DNA of 64,000 bases from a virus: the IMG/VR virus record IMGVR_UViG_3300044260_000037, positions 5,554 through 69,553 of that record, one strand, 5' to 3'. The notes below the pieces were generated by a model that saw nothing but the letters and a program-made list of their open reading frames with translations, had not been told where the DNA came from and did no database searches. The position numbers and the translations under genes were made by a program. Positions 10,300 to 20,389 of the stretch are shown in pieces. How positions within the stretch are numbered: position 1 is the stretch's first letter; every line of letters begins with the position of its first letter.

Positions 10300-10446
10300 A
10301 TGGACGTAGTGGAGTTCAGCCTGTTTATTCATACAGCCCCGGCGCTAGAGGCGGGCATTTATTTTTTGATGTCCTCGGACCTGTCAACCATGCCTGTGTC
10401 CGAGTGGTCCGTTGGTATCCTCAAAGAGGCGAGTATGGAGATCTGA
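10300..10446 (+). CDS. Small hypothetical protein (48 aa, below track cutoff)
   Basis: MDVVEFSLFIH...ASMEI; GAGG RBS; fills the gap between neighbours. Confidence 0.5.
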   Translation: MDVVEFSLFIHTAPALEAGIYFLMSSDLSTMPVSEWSVGILKEASMEI

Positions 10447-10447
10447 T

Positions 10448-10762
10448 ATGGCATTGCCGCAAGAAATACATGTTGATGATGTAGGGTCCGTATTCAAAGT
10501 TACCATATACGATGGGGCGACAGTGGTTGACTTAAGTGGCGCGACCAGCATTGTTTTGACGTTCAAGAAGCCGAACAAGGCTTTGGTTAGGAAGACTGCA
10601 ACAAACTTTACTGATGGTAAAGACGGCGTTGTTAAATATACCACAGTGGCTGGTGATCTTGATATTGCAGGTAACTGGAAACTACAAGCAGAGGTCTTAT
10701 TCACAAGCGGCCACTGGTGGTCAAATATCGTTGAGTTCCCGGTTTATCCGAACCTGAAATAG
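10448..10762 (+). CDS. BppU N-terminal-like baseplate/attachment domain protein
   Basis: DVGSVFKVTI..VDLSGA..FKKP..DGVVKYTT..GDLDIAGNWKLQ pattern; GGAG RBS before ATG 10448. Confidence 0.6.
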   Translation: MALPQEIHVDDVGSVFKVTIYDGATVVDLSGATSIVLTFKKPNKALVRKTATNFTDGKDGVVKYTTVAGDLDIAGNWKLQAEVLFTSGHWWSNIVEFPVYPNLK

Positions 10763-10771
10763 GAGGCGTGC

Positions 10772-11137
10772 GTGGCCGTTACCTTTGTTAATCCTGTATC
10801 AGTCATTGAATGCGATCCTATGGTCATCGGTTCGGATACCCCAACGCTCGGCGGTATGGTTTTCCTTCGTGTCTTGAATCCGGCTGTTCATGGTAAGAAA
10901 TACAAGATTCAGTATAGGTGGGAACCCTGGGCGACTATAACCGCACTCCGGGCAGCACAGATAGGGCAAGTTCCGGTATATTTTCCCATTGCCGGGAATG
11001 CAATGATTGCAGCGGATGGAGGGCTGCCCGCACCGAAGCACCCCGTTTATGGTACAGAAGCAGATCCGACGCAGCTTGTAGGCGGCGACATGGACATTTG
11101 GGATGGCGAGGTGATCGTCATTAGCACAGGAACCTAG
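10772..11137 (+). CDS. Hypothetical tail-module protein
   Basis: GGAGG RBS before GTG. Confidence 0.65.
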   Translation: MAVTFVNPVSVIECDPMVIGSDTPTLGGMVFLRVLNPAVHGKKYKIQYRWEPWATITALRAAQIGQVPVYFPIAGNAMIAADGGLPAPKHPVYGTEADPTQLVGGDMDIWDGEVIVISTGT

Positions 11138-13234
11138 ATGGCAGCAATTAACATTCCAGGCTTTATGGCTACAGTATTAAGGAACGGAGCCCCTGTTCGG
11201 TTTTCTGGGTGTAGTGTGGGTTTTACTGCAAACAAGCTCGGCTCGCAGTGGAGCATTGACTTTCCTATGCCGATGGTGATTTCGAGTACTGATACGTGGT
11301 CGATCATACTGGCTTTTGCAGGCTATTCCCGAACTCTCGTTAGCAATGCCCTTTCCGAGCTCTATGGGCAAGAAGATCAAGTTAATATCTCTACGACCAA
11401 AGTATCTAGTCAATCCTTGGATACGTCAGAGAACATGGATGTTTTGAACAACTATGGCATCCCGAAGAAGTTTTGCTTTATCAATCCAGAGTGGCTTGCA
11501 AAGCAAGAGAAAAGCGCCCATATTGATAATGGAATCGTAGTGAAAACGTCTTCAGGCATAGGGTTTTTCGGCGCTAGAACGGGGCCGCCAGAACGATACT
11601 TTGACCCCCTCGGCAAGCTGCCTGGCAAAGAACACGACATGAATTCCGAGGGCTCTTACGACTACCAATGTTTTTATGCATACAGTCATCAGGATATAGC
11701 CCGGCAGATATGTCAGATGATCGGCGTTCAGTTTCGAGTCAACTTGCCGGACATTCAGCTTATCGATGTTTGTACCTTTGAAAGCGGCACGAAATGGTTT
11801 GATGCGATTACTGCAAATTTCTTGATGTGGGCTCCAGACATTAAGCCAGAACGGGATGCAAAGGGTAATCTGGTTGTTTCTGTTGAAGACGTTATGCGCG
11901 GACCGACCGGCCCGGCAGTTTCGGAGATAGTCTATATCGACAATGCGTCGGTCGAATCCATTAGTCGACAGCTTTCCCGTCCCTCGGATTCAAATCGGCT
12001 TGTAGACCATATCATAATCACTGGGCGTAAAACCAAAGATACGACCACGATTATTCAGAATGATCAGCCTGATTATTCAGAGGTCGAAATCCCGGCTTAT
12101 TTCTTTGAGCCCTCATTCAAGATAGAAAGTTCGTTTAAGGAAGCCGACCTCTCAAAGAATAAGATGCTTGGTGCATACACTGGAAATTTTGGAATCGGCC
12201 AGGACGAGTACCAAGTAGGTCCGGTTAAAGACACAGTTCATTATCTTTACTATCATGAGTGGAAGGATGGCAAGAAGTTTCGGCGCATTCCTGTAGCAGA
12301 GTCTGTCCATGCCTATGATATACACGGCGAAGTCAGTAAAACCGTCACGACACATTATTACGGGCCAGACAAAGGAAAAGTTGTCAAGACTACGGAAGAA
12401 TATTATTTCCTGACAAACATGCCGGGAAGTAAGGACAAAAAATTATACCGGGTAAGATGTAAGACTACTCTTCAGAATTATGTCATCAAGCCTTTGAATT
12501 TGACGCTGACAAAGGAATTAATCGAGGATGCAGTGGTTTATAACGAAGTTACCGTTAATGTAGGCAACGGTCCAGAAACAAAGCGGACCGATCCAAAGCC
12601 GTTGATGGAAGTATTGCGGTCGAACCCGAATTTTATTAGCAAAGACTCCAAGACTACACAACGCATTATGGAGATGACGACTTACTTTAAGTTTACCCGG
12701 ATAGACCGGTGTGATGATCGGACCCTCATTAAGACTGATGTGTCCTTTAATGTCTTGGCTAAGAACCTGCCTCAAGTCAACTCACAGATCCTTGACAATC
12801 CTCAACGAGGTCCGGGAGCATCTTCGACTGATAAAGATGCCGTTTTTAGGCGGGAGTATACAGACCCTCGTGCGGTTGGTCGCTATATCAATGGCAGAGG
12901 GCCGTATTATCATCCGGCAAAGACAATCAATCATCCTGACATTTGTACAGAGGAGATCGCATGGGCAATTGCTCAACGGATCTTTTATCGCAAGCAACTG
13001 GCCCTAAGCCCCACGCAATGGCAGATTACCTTGAATGAAAAAGTTCCTATAACGCTGGATTATACCGCATTGCAAATAGGGATCAGTGACTTGACCCGTA
13101 TTGTCAATGGGGAAGAAGTCACAATACCCGGAGATATTTATTCATTGCAAAAGGTCAATTATCAGGTTACAACAACATCGGCTAAAGGCGGCGCGAAGGT
13201 CGTTTTCAACGAACAGATCGTGATAGGAAACTAA
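11138..13234 (+). CDS. Putative tail/baseplate hub-like protein
   Basis: 698-aa ORF in tail module; assignment mainly contextual. Confidence 0.5.
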   Translation: MAAINIPGFMATVLRNGAPVRFSGCSVGFTANKLGSQWSIDFPMPMVISSTDTWSIILAFAGYSRTLVSNALSELYGQEDQVNISTTKVSSQSLDTSENMDVLNNYGIPKKFCFINPEWLAKQEKSAHIDNGIVVKTSSGIGFFGARTGPPERYFDPLGKLPGKEHDMNSEGSYDYQCFYAYSHQDIARQICQMIGVQFRVNLPDIQLIDVCTFESGTKWFDAITANFLMWAPDIKPERDAKGNLVVSVEDVMRGPTGPAVSEIVYIDNASVESISRQLSRPSDSNRLVDHIIITGRKTKDTTTIIQNDQPDYSEVEIPAYFFEPSFKIESSFKEADLSKNKMLGAYTGNFGIGQDEYQVGPVKDTVHYLYYHEWKDGKKFRRIPVAESVHAYDIHGEVSKTVTTHYYGPDKGKVVKTTEEYYFLTNMPGSKDKKLYRVRCKTTLQNYVIKPLNLTLTKELIEDAVVYNEVTVNVGNGPETKRTDPKPLMEVLRSNPNFISKDSKTTQRIMEMTTYFKFTRIDRCDDRTLIKTDVSFNVLAKNLPQVNSQILDNPQRGPGASSTDKDAVFRREYTDPRAVGRYINGRGPYYHPAKTINHPDICTEEIAWAIAQRIFYRKQLALSPTQWQITLNEKVPITLDYTALQIGISDLTRIVNGEEVTIPGDIYSLQKVNYQVTTTSAKGGAKVVFNEQIVIGN

Positions 13235-13235
13235 G

Positions 13236-14276
13236 ATGACATGGCAGCTTTCTTATAACCAAGCGGGCGAACTCATTCCGGCAGATATATCCTTTAGAAA
13301 TGTTCTGGGAAGTCCTATTTCTGCGGTTAATCGTATTGCCCCTTATGCAGCAGGCTGCCAGACTCCCCCGGCGGGTATTTTTATCGTTACTGCAATTGAC
13401 TCAGACAAGGTTATTGTGGAGCCAAAAGGATCGCAAGACCTCAAAAGTCCGGCTCTCAATAGCTCGCCTATAACCGTAGTCGCCGATGGCGCAACATGGA
13501 ATACAAACGTCATCCCAGGACTAGCCATCAAATTTGGTGTATTTTATGCCGCATATCAAGCTGAAATAGGCGTCGGTTGCGTATGGGATAGCTCTGCACA
13601 CTGGTGGCAGCGGATTACTGCTCTTGGCCTCGGCCTTGGAGGCGTAAGCGGCGCAGACATTAGTGTGATTGCTACGAATACCGGGACCGATCAGTCCAAC
13701 AGCCAAGTCGTAGTTACCAATGCAGCCCGGCTCGTTAATTCTGCATCTGTCTCCAGACCGTTCTTCTCATTCCAACAGGTCGGTACCCTGAACCCGACCC
13801 CCGACGAATCCGCAGAAGGCACGCTGATCGCTTTTGATAATTATGTGGCAGGATCCCCGGGCACGGTTGATATTTTGGCTGACGGCGTTCCTATTAACGT
13901 ATTCGACGTTACTCATTGGAACCTGATAATCGGCGGCTCAGGTTTGTTATGTGATGGCCTCACTGTTTATCGGTTCGCCGACGGCACTGCTTATCAGTCT
14001 TGTGAATTTGTTCTTTCCCCCGATCTGGCAGAGATGGACACAGCACAGATCTATGTCTCTGATGGTGGGGCTTTTGTAGAGCTTTTCGATGACCTATCAG
14101 GAGATTATGTCCCAGGCACAACAAGCATTTATCTCACTAGCACCGGGTGCGGCATGGGCGTGGTTCTTTCCGAGGATTCTGTGAACTTTCGAATGAGGCT
14201 CAGTCCCCCGGCAAGCAAAGATATTTCACTTAATCAGCGGCAGTTTTCAATCCGAATCTGTTCTGAGGGTGTTTAA
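13236..14276 (+). CDS. Hypothetical tail-module protein
   Basis: 346-aa beta-rich ORF coupled to neighbours. Confidence 0.6.
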   Translation: MTWQLSYNQAGELIPADISFRNVLGSPISAVNRIAPYAAGCQTPPAGIFIVTAIDSDKVIVEPKGSQDLKSPALNSSPITVVADGATWNTNVIPGLAIKFGVFYAAYQAEIGVGCVWDSSAHWWQRITALGLGLGGVSGADISVIATNTGTDQSNSQVVVTNAARLVNSASVSRPFFSFQQVGTLNPTPDESAEGTLIAFDNYVAGSPGTVDILADGVPINVFDVTHWNLIIGGSGLLCDGLTVYRFADGTAYQSCEFVLSPDLAEMDTAQIYVSDGGAFVELFDDLSGDYVPGTTSIYLTSTGCGMGVVLSEDSVNFRMRLSPPASKDISLNQRQFSIRICSEGV

Positions 14277-16093
14277 TGAACCCGGCATTTGAGGCAGCAA
14301 AGAAAAAATGGCTTCCCCGGCCCGACGTAAACGGGGTATTTCTAGCCCGCCGAAAGAAAGGCAAGGAATGGACAGACGAGATCTGTCTACAGATTCATGT
14401 CAAGAAGAAGTTGCCCAAAGACGCCTTGACAAAGGCGCAACTCATTCCTAAGACGATAAAAGGAGTCGCCACAGATGTTTTGGAGACTAATCCGGTCCTA
14501 TCCATTGGTGGCGGCAAATGGTCCGCAGTTCAAGGCGGGCATTCAATCGGCATTGAAGAACAGACCGATGCCGGGACCCTTGGCCTTGTTATGCTTGCAG
14601 GCACGCCGCCGGTGCCTGTCGGGGTGACCTGCGCCCATGTGCTTTTAGTGCGCGGCGCAGGCTCGCCCACGCTCGGCGACTTTGTTATACATCCAGCCCA
14701 GGACGATGCCGGTAGGATTATTAGGGACAGGATCGGCGTTCCCCTTTCGCAGATCCTTGTTAGTTCAAGCCGGGATATTGCCTATTTCTCCGTAGATTAT
14801 CCCTATGGCCTGAGTGTCCTTGATACGAATGTCATTCCTACTAATGCGGCAGATCCGGTGATTAACGATGTGCTGGAGAAAGTAGGCCGAACTACCGGTT
14901 GGACTACAGGCCAGGTTGCAGGCTCCGGTAACATTTCCTTTGATTACACTGAATATGGAGCGGGCGTTATCAGTGTGCCGGTTGTCTTTATGATTCCTTT
15001 AGACACGGATGATCCGGGTACTATTATTGCCGATGCCGGAGATTCTGGCGCACTTTGGTATTTCCCGAATACGCAAGATGCTGGCGGGATTCATACCGGG
15101 CATGATACTGTAGATAACATCGCCTATGCCGGGTATTTCGTTCCCCCTGCGAGCCCTATGATTCCCCTTGAGTATTTCAAGGACTATAAGGGCTCGGCGA
15201 ACTTTGCAATTCAAAACGTATTCGATTCTAAGGGAGCCATGAATCTGTCTGGTGCATCGTCGCCTTTTGTTTCCCGGCTGACGGTAGTTAATCAAGACAC
15301 AACAGAAGTACAATATCCAGCCATCACAGATATATATGCAGCGGCAGGTATTCAATTCATAGTTCCCGGCTCGTCTCCAGTTCCCCCTGAGGAAGTTACC
15401 CTACCAGTTTGGAGCGACCTGCCCGTGGTATGGAACGATTACCCGAATGCATGGGGCGACTATGGCGGCGAAAGCGGTTCCGGCGTAGCGATAGTGGTTC
15501 CGACGTATATCAGTTCGAATAGTTTTTCTGTGCCTTTGGATGTTGCTTCAGATTATCCCGAAGGCCGCAAGCTCAAGCTCATTCAAGGCACTGATGCGGT
15601 AGTCGCAGTCGTCAGCGCAGCCTATGCCGGAGGCATTACCACAGTGGTTGTCGATCCGGCATCCGTGCAGTCTGATGTTGTACAGATCAAGTTTGCCCCG
15701 ATTATCCCGGACTCTTTGCCTATCCATTTCCACCCACAGATCCAGGATAACTTTGCACAGGCTAGTCATGGATTTTCGGCACTTACAGCGATTTATCGCA
15801 AATCTGATTCGACTTGGGCTAAAGCTAAAGCTGACGCACTTGCTACTGCTGAGGCTGTTGGAATTGTTGAGAGCGTATCAGGGAACGACTTTACTGTTAT
15901 CTTCAGCGGCTTAATTAAGAATCAAATAGATCTTACGCCAGGGGCGAGTTATTTCATATCCGCAGTGACCGCCGGCTTGTTAGTTACCGAAGAGCCTGAC
16001 GCTAATATAGCAGTTTCAAAGCCTATGATGATTGCTATCACGACAACAACCGGCGTTATAAATAACATGAGAGGTTTGGAGTTAGCATCATGA
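14276..16093 (+). CDS. Nal1/trypsin-like serine protease fused to fibre-type domains
   Basis: Nal1-like N-terminus (VKKKLP..L...QLIP..I.GV.TDV); triad motifs TCAHV, DIA, GDSG; C-terminal PTYISSNSF and QASHGF..AKAKAD domains. Confidence 0.75.
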   Translation: MNPAFEAAKKKWLPRPDVNGVFLARRKKGKEWTDEICLQIHVKKKLPKDALTKAQLIPKTIKGVATDVLETNPVLSIGGGKWSAVQGGHSIGIEEQTDAGTLGLVMLAGTPPVPVGVTCAHVLLVRGAGSPTLGDFVIHPAQDDAGRIIRDRIGVPLSQILVSSSRDIAYFSVDYPYGLSVLDTNVIPTNAADPVINDVLEKVGRTTGWTTGQVAGSGNISFDYTEYGAGVISVPVVFMIPLDTDDPGTIIADAGDSGALWYFPNTQDAGGIHTGHDTVDNIAYAGYFVPPASPMIPLEYFKDYKGSANFAIQNVFDSKGAMNLSGASSPFVSRLTVVNQDTTEVQYPAITDIYAAAGIQFIVPGSSPVPPEEVTLPVWSDLPVVWNDYPNAWGDYGGESGSGVAIVVPTYISSNSFSVPLDVASDYPEGRKLKLIQGTDAVVAVVSAAYAGGITTVVVDPASVQSDVVQIKFAPIIPDSLPIHFHPQIQDNFAQASHGFSALTAIYRKSDSTWAKAKADALATAEAVGIVESVSGNDFTVIFSGLIKNQIDLTPGASYFISAVTAGLLVTEEPDANIAVSKPMMIAITTTTGVINNMRGLELAS

Positions 16094-16311
16094 GTGATCC
16101 AACTAGCTTTGTAATTCCGGCTGGAGGCACGGGTATAGGAGTTCCTGCTGGCGGTAATGAAGGACAATCTTTAGTGAAACTTAGCAGTGATAATTATGAT
16201 ACAGGATGGGCAACTATCGCAGGAGGGAGTGGAGGATCTCCTAATTTAGACGGTGGGAGTGCTGATTCCAATTATGGCGCAATCAGTCCTGTTGATGGAG
16301 GAAGTGCATAA
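16090..16311 (+). CDS. Small Gly-rich fibre-associated protein
   Basis: PAGGNEGQSLVKLSSDNYDTGW motif typical of tail fibres; LDGG repeats. Confidence 0.6.
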   Translation: MSDPTSFVIPAGGTGIGVPAGGNEGQSLVKLSSDNYDTGWATIAGGSGGSPNLDGGSADSNYGAISPVDGGSA

Positions 16312-16853
16312 TGGCTGTTATTGTTCAGCTTCGTAGAGATTCAGCAGCAAATTGGACAGCAATTAACCCAGTTTTAGCTGAAGGAGAGGCAGGGTTTGAG
16401 CTTGATACAAAAAGCTATAAAATTGGTGACGGCGCTACTGCCTGGAACGATCTTGATTACATGGCGGGCGTAACAGTCCATGCCGATCTTGACGGATTAG
16501 ACTATGAGACTTCTGGACATATTGGTTTTGTTGGGGAAATAGAGCTTGCTTTTACTTATCAATCTGATGCTTCCACAGTCATCCTGTCTGTTGCCGAAGG
16601 TGTAAGAATTAGAAGAGTGACGATTTCTATTGATACTGGTTTTAACGGGACCACTCCTACCTTGAGTGTTGGGCATACAGGGGATAATGGAGGTTTAATG
16701 GCAAGTTCTGACAACAACCCTAAGCTTGCAGGGCAATATGAAGTGGAGCCTAATTTTTTATATGGAGGAGCAGATACGGTTGCCTTTTACATAACATCTA
16801 GCTCGTCAACACAAGGAAGCGGAACGCTTTTTTTGGAATACGTAAAGAACTAA
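16311..16853 (+). CDS. Major tropism determinant N-terminal (Mtd_N/hyaluronidase-N) domain protein
   Basis: QLRRDSAANWTAINPVLAEGEAGFELDT..KIGDG..AWNDL signature. Confidence 0.85.
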   Translation: MAVIVQLRRDSAANWTAINPVLAEGEAGFELDTKSYKIGDGATAWNDLDYMAGVTVHADLDGLDYETSGHIGFVGEIELAFTYQSDASTVILSVAEGVRIRRVTISIDTGFNGTTPTLSVGHTGDNGGLMASSDNNPKLAGQYEVEPNFLYGGADTVAFYITSSSSTQGSGTLFLEYVKN

Positions 16854-16863
16854 GGAGAAGACA

Positions 16864-17505
16864 ATGGCTGACAACAGAATCATTTCGGATCTTATCGGGA
16901 CCATACGAACTTATTTCAAGATTGCCACGGTGCGACTTAAAGACGCAAGTGGGGTTCTTGAGGTGAGAAATGCTGGCGATACTGCGTATGCTCAGGCAAA
17001 TGCACATACGGTCAATATTGCTGGCTCCAATGCGTCGAACAAGGTATCGCTAACTGCTCCAGCTGGGCTAAGTGGCAATGTAAGTTTAACTCTTCCTCCC
17101 GATGCCGGGACTAACGGTTGGCTCTTAAAAACTGATGGATCGGGAACCCTAACATTTACCGCACCAGCGAGTAATGCTACGGTTATGCAAGTTGAAGCTT
17201 TTACAGAAGCTACGTCAAGCCCTCTGACTATTGTAACGCCAGCAGCAAACTCTGTAGTTTCCAAAGTGACTGTGGTTGTGGACAGTGCTGCTTCTGCGGG
17301 TAGTCCCACCTTTTCTGTCGGGATAGCGGGAACTACAGAGCGAGACATGGCAGCAGCAGATGTGGATTTAAAAATCGCTGGAATTTATGAAGTCACTCCT
17401 ATGTCCGATTGCGGGGGAACTCCAGGAGCAATTATCGCAACTATCGTTGCAAGTGCCCAGACATTTTCAGGTAGGGTTTATGTAGAAGTAACTGTCCCAG
17501 CATAG
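16864..17505 (+). CDS. Putative tail fibre protein
   Basis: LTLPPDAGTNGWLLKTDGSGTLTF fibre motif; MADNR N-terminus shared with next gene. Confidence 0.7.
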   Translation: MADNRIISDLIGTIRTYFKIATVRLKDASGVLEVRNAGDTAYAQANAHTVNIAGSNASNKVSLTAPAGLSGNVSLTLPPDAGTNGWLLKTDGSGTLTFTAPASNATVMQVEAFTEATSSPLTIVTPAANSVVSKVTVVVDSAASAGSPTFSVGIAGTTERDMAAADVDLKIAGIYEVTPMSDCGGTPGAIIATIVASAQTFSGRVYVEVTVPA

Positions 17506-17512
17506 GTGATAC

Positions 17513-18064
17513 ATGGCCGACAATAGAACCATAAGCGACCTTTGGAGAACTTTTAGAAGTTTCTTGAGAACGGAAGGTGGATTTGAAGGCAAGGAAATCA
17601 CCACGCCTTCAAATCCTGCTTCTGGCTATAGAAGGCTTTATCCAAAGAGTGATGGTTGGTATGGTTTAACTTCTGGTGGAGCAGAAACAGCGTTAGGAGG
17701 CACCGGGTCGGGAGATTCCGTCAAGAAGACTTACAACCAAGCCTCTCATGGTTTCGCTGCCGGTAATGCTGTTTATCGTAGTTCGGGGGCTTGGGCGAAG
17801 GCGAAGGCTGATGTTGATGCTACGGCTGAAGTCCTGGGAGTGGTTGAGAGCGTGAATGGGGATGCCTTTGTGCTGGTTATGTCTGGGCTTATTACCTTGT
17901 CTGGGTTGACTGACGCTTCCGTGTATTTTCTCTCCGCTGCCACTGCGGGCCTTTTGACGACGACAGAGCCGGATTCCACCCTTTATGTCAGTAAACCCAT
18001 AATGACAGCTATAAGCACGACCGTAGCAATCGTGAACATCATGAGAGGGATACGGACGGCATAA
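17513..18064 (+). CDS. Putative tail fibre/decoration protein
   Basis: QASHGF..AKAKAD..VSKP..MRG domain paralogous to C-terminus of the 14276 protein. Confidence 0.7.
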   Translation: MADNRTISDLWRTFRSFLRTEGGFEGKEITTPSNPASGYRRLYPKSDGWYGLTSGGAETALGGTGSGDSVKKTYNQASHGFAAGNAVYRSSGAWAKAKADVDATAEVLGVVESVNGDAFVLVMSGLITLSGLTDASVYFLSAATAGLLTTTEPDSTLYVSKPIMTAISTTVAIVNIMRGIRTA

Positions 18065-18594
18065 TGGGCAGTGCAGCCACAATATTGGCCGTAGATGGAA
18101 GAAGTGTAATCGCCAATCTCCACAGGGAGATGATGACTCTTGCAAGGATAGGGGCTATTGCGGCTGGAGATATTCCTAATGGCTTTTTTGATGGTTATCA
18201 GTCTAATGCAGGTATAGATGCAGGGCTTTCCAGCAACTATACTTATGACGGAACAGGGAAGAAGGTTACGGCATCTGGCGGAAACATGATCTTAATAAGT
18301 ACGGCTTTTGCTGCCATTGTCACTCCTGCTTGGGCAATGATTTCTCTTTTGGTCAAAGGTTTTGATGCTGGTGATACGATACAGGCATTCTTTTCGTCTG
18401 CGACTTCCCCGTCATGGACGGAGCTGACAGGATTGACGGCGTATACGCCAAACGTAGGGGCTTCCGGGATAACTCAATTTGTGTCTGGACGGATTCCTAT
18501 TGTCGGAAGTTCAGACAAATCAATACGGACTAAGATCCTGATGAATGTGAGCCAAGGACTTGAACTTTACGGACAGTGTGTGACTTATGAGTAG
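18064..18594 (+). CDS. Short paralogue of the two downstream fibre proteins
   Basis: Shares IANL.REM..YQSNAGIDAGLS N-module and SATSPSWTELTGL..DKS.RT C-module. Confidence 0.7.
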   Translation: MGSAATILAVDGRSVIANLHREMMTLARIGAIAAGDIPNGFFDGYQSNAGIDAGLSSNYTYDGTGKKVTASGGNMILISTAFAAIVTPAWAMISLLVKGFDAGDTIQAFFSSATSPSWTELTGLTAYTPNVGASGITQFVSGRIPIVGSSDKSIRTKILMNVSQGLELYGQCVTYE

Positions 18595-20389
18595 CACGAT
18601 TACTCTAGTTCCCTATAGTGATGCGAACCTAATCGCCAATATTCAGCGAGAAATGCTAGAGTTAGCGAAACAAGGAAGCTTTGCAATAGGTAGCACTCTT
18701 GACGGCTTTTTTGATGATTATCAAAGTAATGCGGGGATTGATGCAGGGCTTTCGACCAATTATATTTATGATGGGACAGGAAAGAAGGTCACTCCAGTTG
18801 AAGCAACAACCGGCAACATTGAATACGAGGATGTTACGGATGTAGGCGTGTCTTCTGGAACTTCTCTTATTCAAGATATTAAGGCATCCATCACAACGTT
18901 TACCAAAGATGCTTCTACACGCGGCCATTTCAATGTAGCAAATGCGGCAGTTACTACTGGATGTGTCATAACTTTTGCAGATGCTTCTACGGCCATCATT
19001 ATCGGCAAAACAGGTGATGGAACTGGAGCCAGCAGTATTGCGCTGTCTGTAGACCATGCTACAGACGCAAGTTTAGCGAGCATTACTGGTATAATTTATA
19101 CTGCTCCTAATGCAACCTTACCTAGTGCAGATGGGGTGGCAGAAACAACATTTAGTGGTACTTTAACTACAAACAGTACTGGCTGGACGAACTACTCATT
19201 GCGTGAAGTTTACACGGCGAGTGTGATAACTACCAGTGGAACGAAAGTTCGGGTTACTTTTACCGCACCGAATGCAACGTTCACGGTGGCTCATGCTAGT
19301 ATTGGAGAATTAGTATCAGGCTGTCAAGTTGTATCCTGCAACGAACTTTTATTCAGTGGTGGTTCTGGTTTTTCAATATCGTCTGGAGCATCTATTACAA
19401 GTGATTGGTTGACATTTGCAATAGATGAGACAAAGGGATACGTTGTTATTTTTGACATAACCTCTGATTCGGTCAGATGGAAAGCCACTACTGGAGTCAA
19501 CGAGTATTATAAGGCGGGCGCAACTTACAACGTGACAAACCCGTCTGGCACGACAAACAATAGTGGATATAATTATAATGTTACAAAAATTGAAGTCCTC
19601 AATCCTGCCGTGCCCACAGGTTTATTTGCCCTCCATACTAATTCAATTCAGTTAAATACATCTGGATATACGGCAATAACTAATGTTGCAGCTACTCAAA
19701 CCACACCGGGTTCATCAGTAATCTATCATGCTGCTTGTGTCAATAAAGGAAATGCAGCGGAGAAATGGTGGGTTTACCTCTCCTCGGCATGGAGATCCAT
19801 TGTTGAATTGGTCAGCGGAACATGGAAGTACCGGGACGCGGGCGGAACGCTTCAAGCCGCGACAATAAATTCACGACTTGGGGCTTTGGCGCAAGCCTTT
19901 GGAATAGCCCAGAATCAACTCTCTGCTGCCGCACTTACTGCAATTACTTCTGGGCAATGGGCAACGCCATTCGTAGCAGGAACTTTTGACGTGGCTTGTG
20001 GACTTCAGGCAAGTGGAACAAGTATTCCGACGCTGGATAAGTGGACTGTCACTTACAACCTACCCGGCCAGAATATGAGTCTTGTGTCTACTGCTACCCC
20101 TGGCTTATTAAGCACTCCTGTTTCTGCCAAAATTAGTCTTTTAGTTAAAGGCTTCGATGGTGGGGACACGATGAAGGCATATTTTTCTTCGGCAACTTCC
20201 CCGTCATGGACGGAGCTGACAGGATTGGCTAAGATTGCATCAAATATAAGTGGTGTAACTGGAGTGGATCAATATGTATCTGGTCAGATAGCCGTGACTG
20301 GGAGTGCAGATAAGTCACTCAGGACAAAGGTAGAGATGAATTGTGGTCAAAATTTGGAACTTCATGCTCAGGTGGTGAGCTATGCCTAG
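18587..20389 (+). CDS. Putative tail fibre/receptor-binding protein
   Basis: 600 aa, Thr/Ser/Gly rich; paralogue of 20382-22205. Confidence 0.7.
   Translation: MSSTITLVPYSDANLIANIQREMLELAKQGSFAIGSTLDGFFDDYQSNAGIDAGLSTNYIYDGTGKKVTPVEATTGNIEYEDVTDVGVSSGTSLIQDIKASITTFTKDASTRGHFNVANAAVTTGCVITFADASTAIIIGKTGDGTGASSIALSVDHATDASLASITGIIYTAPNATLPSADGVAETTFSGTLTTNSTGWTNYSLREVYTASVITTSGTKVRVTFTAPNATFTVAHASIGELVSGCQVVSCNELLFSGGSGFSISSGASITSDWLTFAIDETKGYVVIFDITSDSVRWKATTGVNEYYKAGATYNVTNPSGTTNNSGYNYNVTKIEVLNPAVPTGLFALHTNSIQLNTSGYTAITNVAATQTTPGSSVIYHAACVNKGNAAEKWWVYLSSAWRSIVELVSGTWKYRDAGGTLQAATINSRLGALAQAFGIAQNQLSAAALTAITSGQWATPFVAGTFDVACGLQASGTSIPTLDKWTVTYNLPGQNMSLVSTATPGLLSTPVSAKISLLVKGFDGGDTMKAYFSSATSPSWTELTGLAKIASNISGVTGVDQYVSGQIAVTGSADKSLRTKVEMNCGQNLELHAQVVSYA

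Noticed and set aside
10448..13234. Genome-wide TAG or TGA reassignment, suggested by consecutive in-frame genes separated by TAG (10762, 11137; also 5073)
   Set aside because: Long ORFs are intact under the standard code, downstream genes have their own RBS, and TGA/TAG end many genes with normal overlaps; in-frame adjacency is expected one time in three
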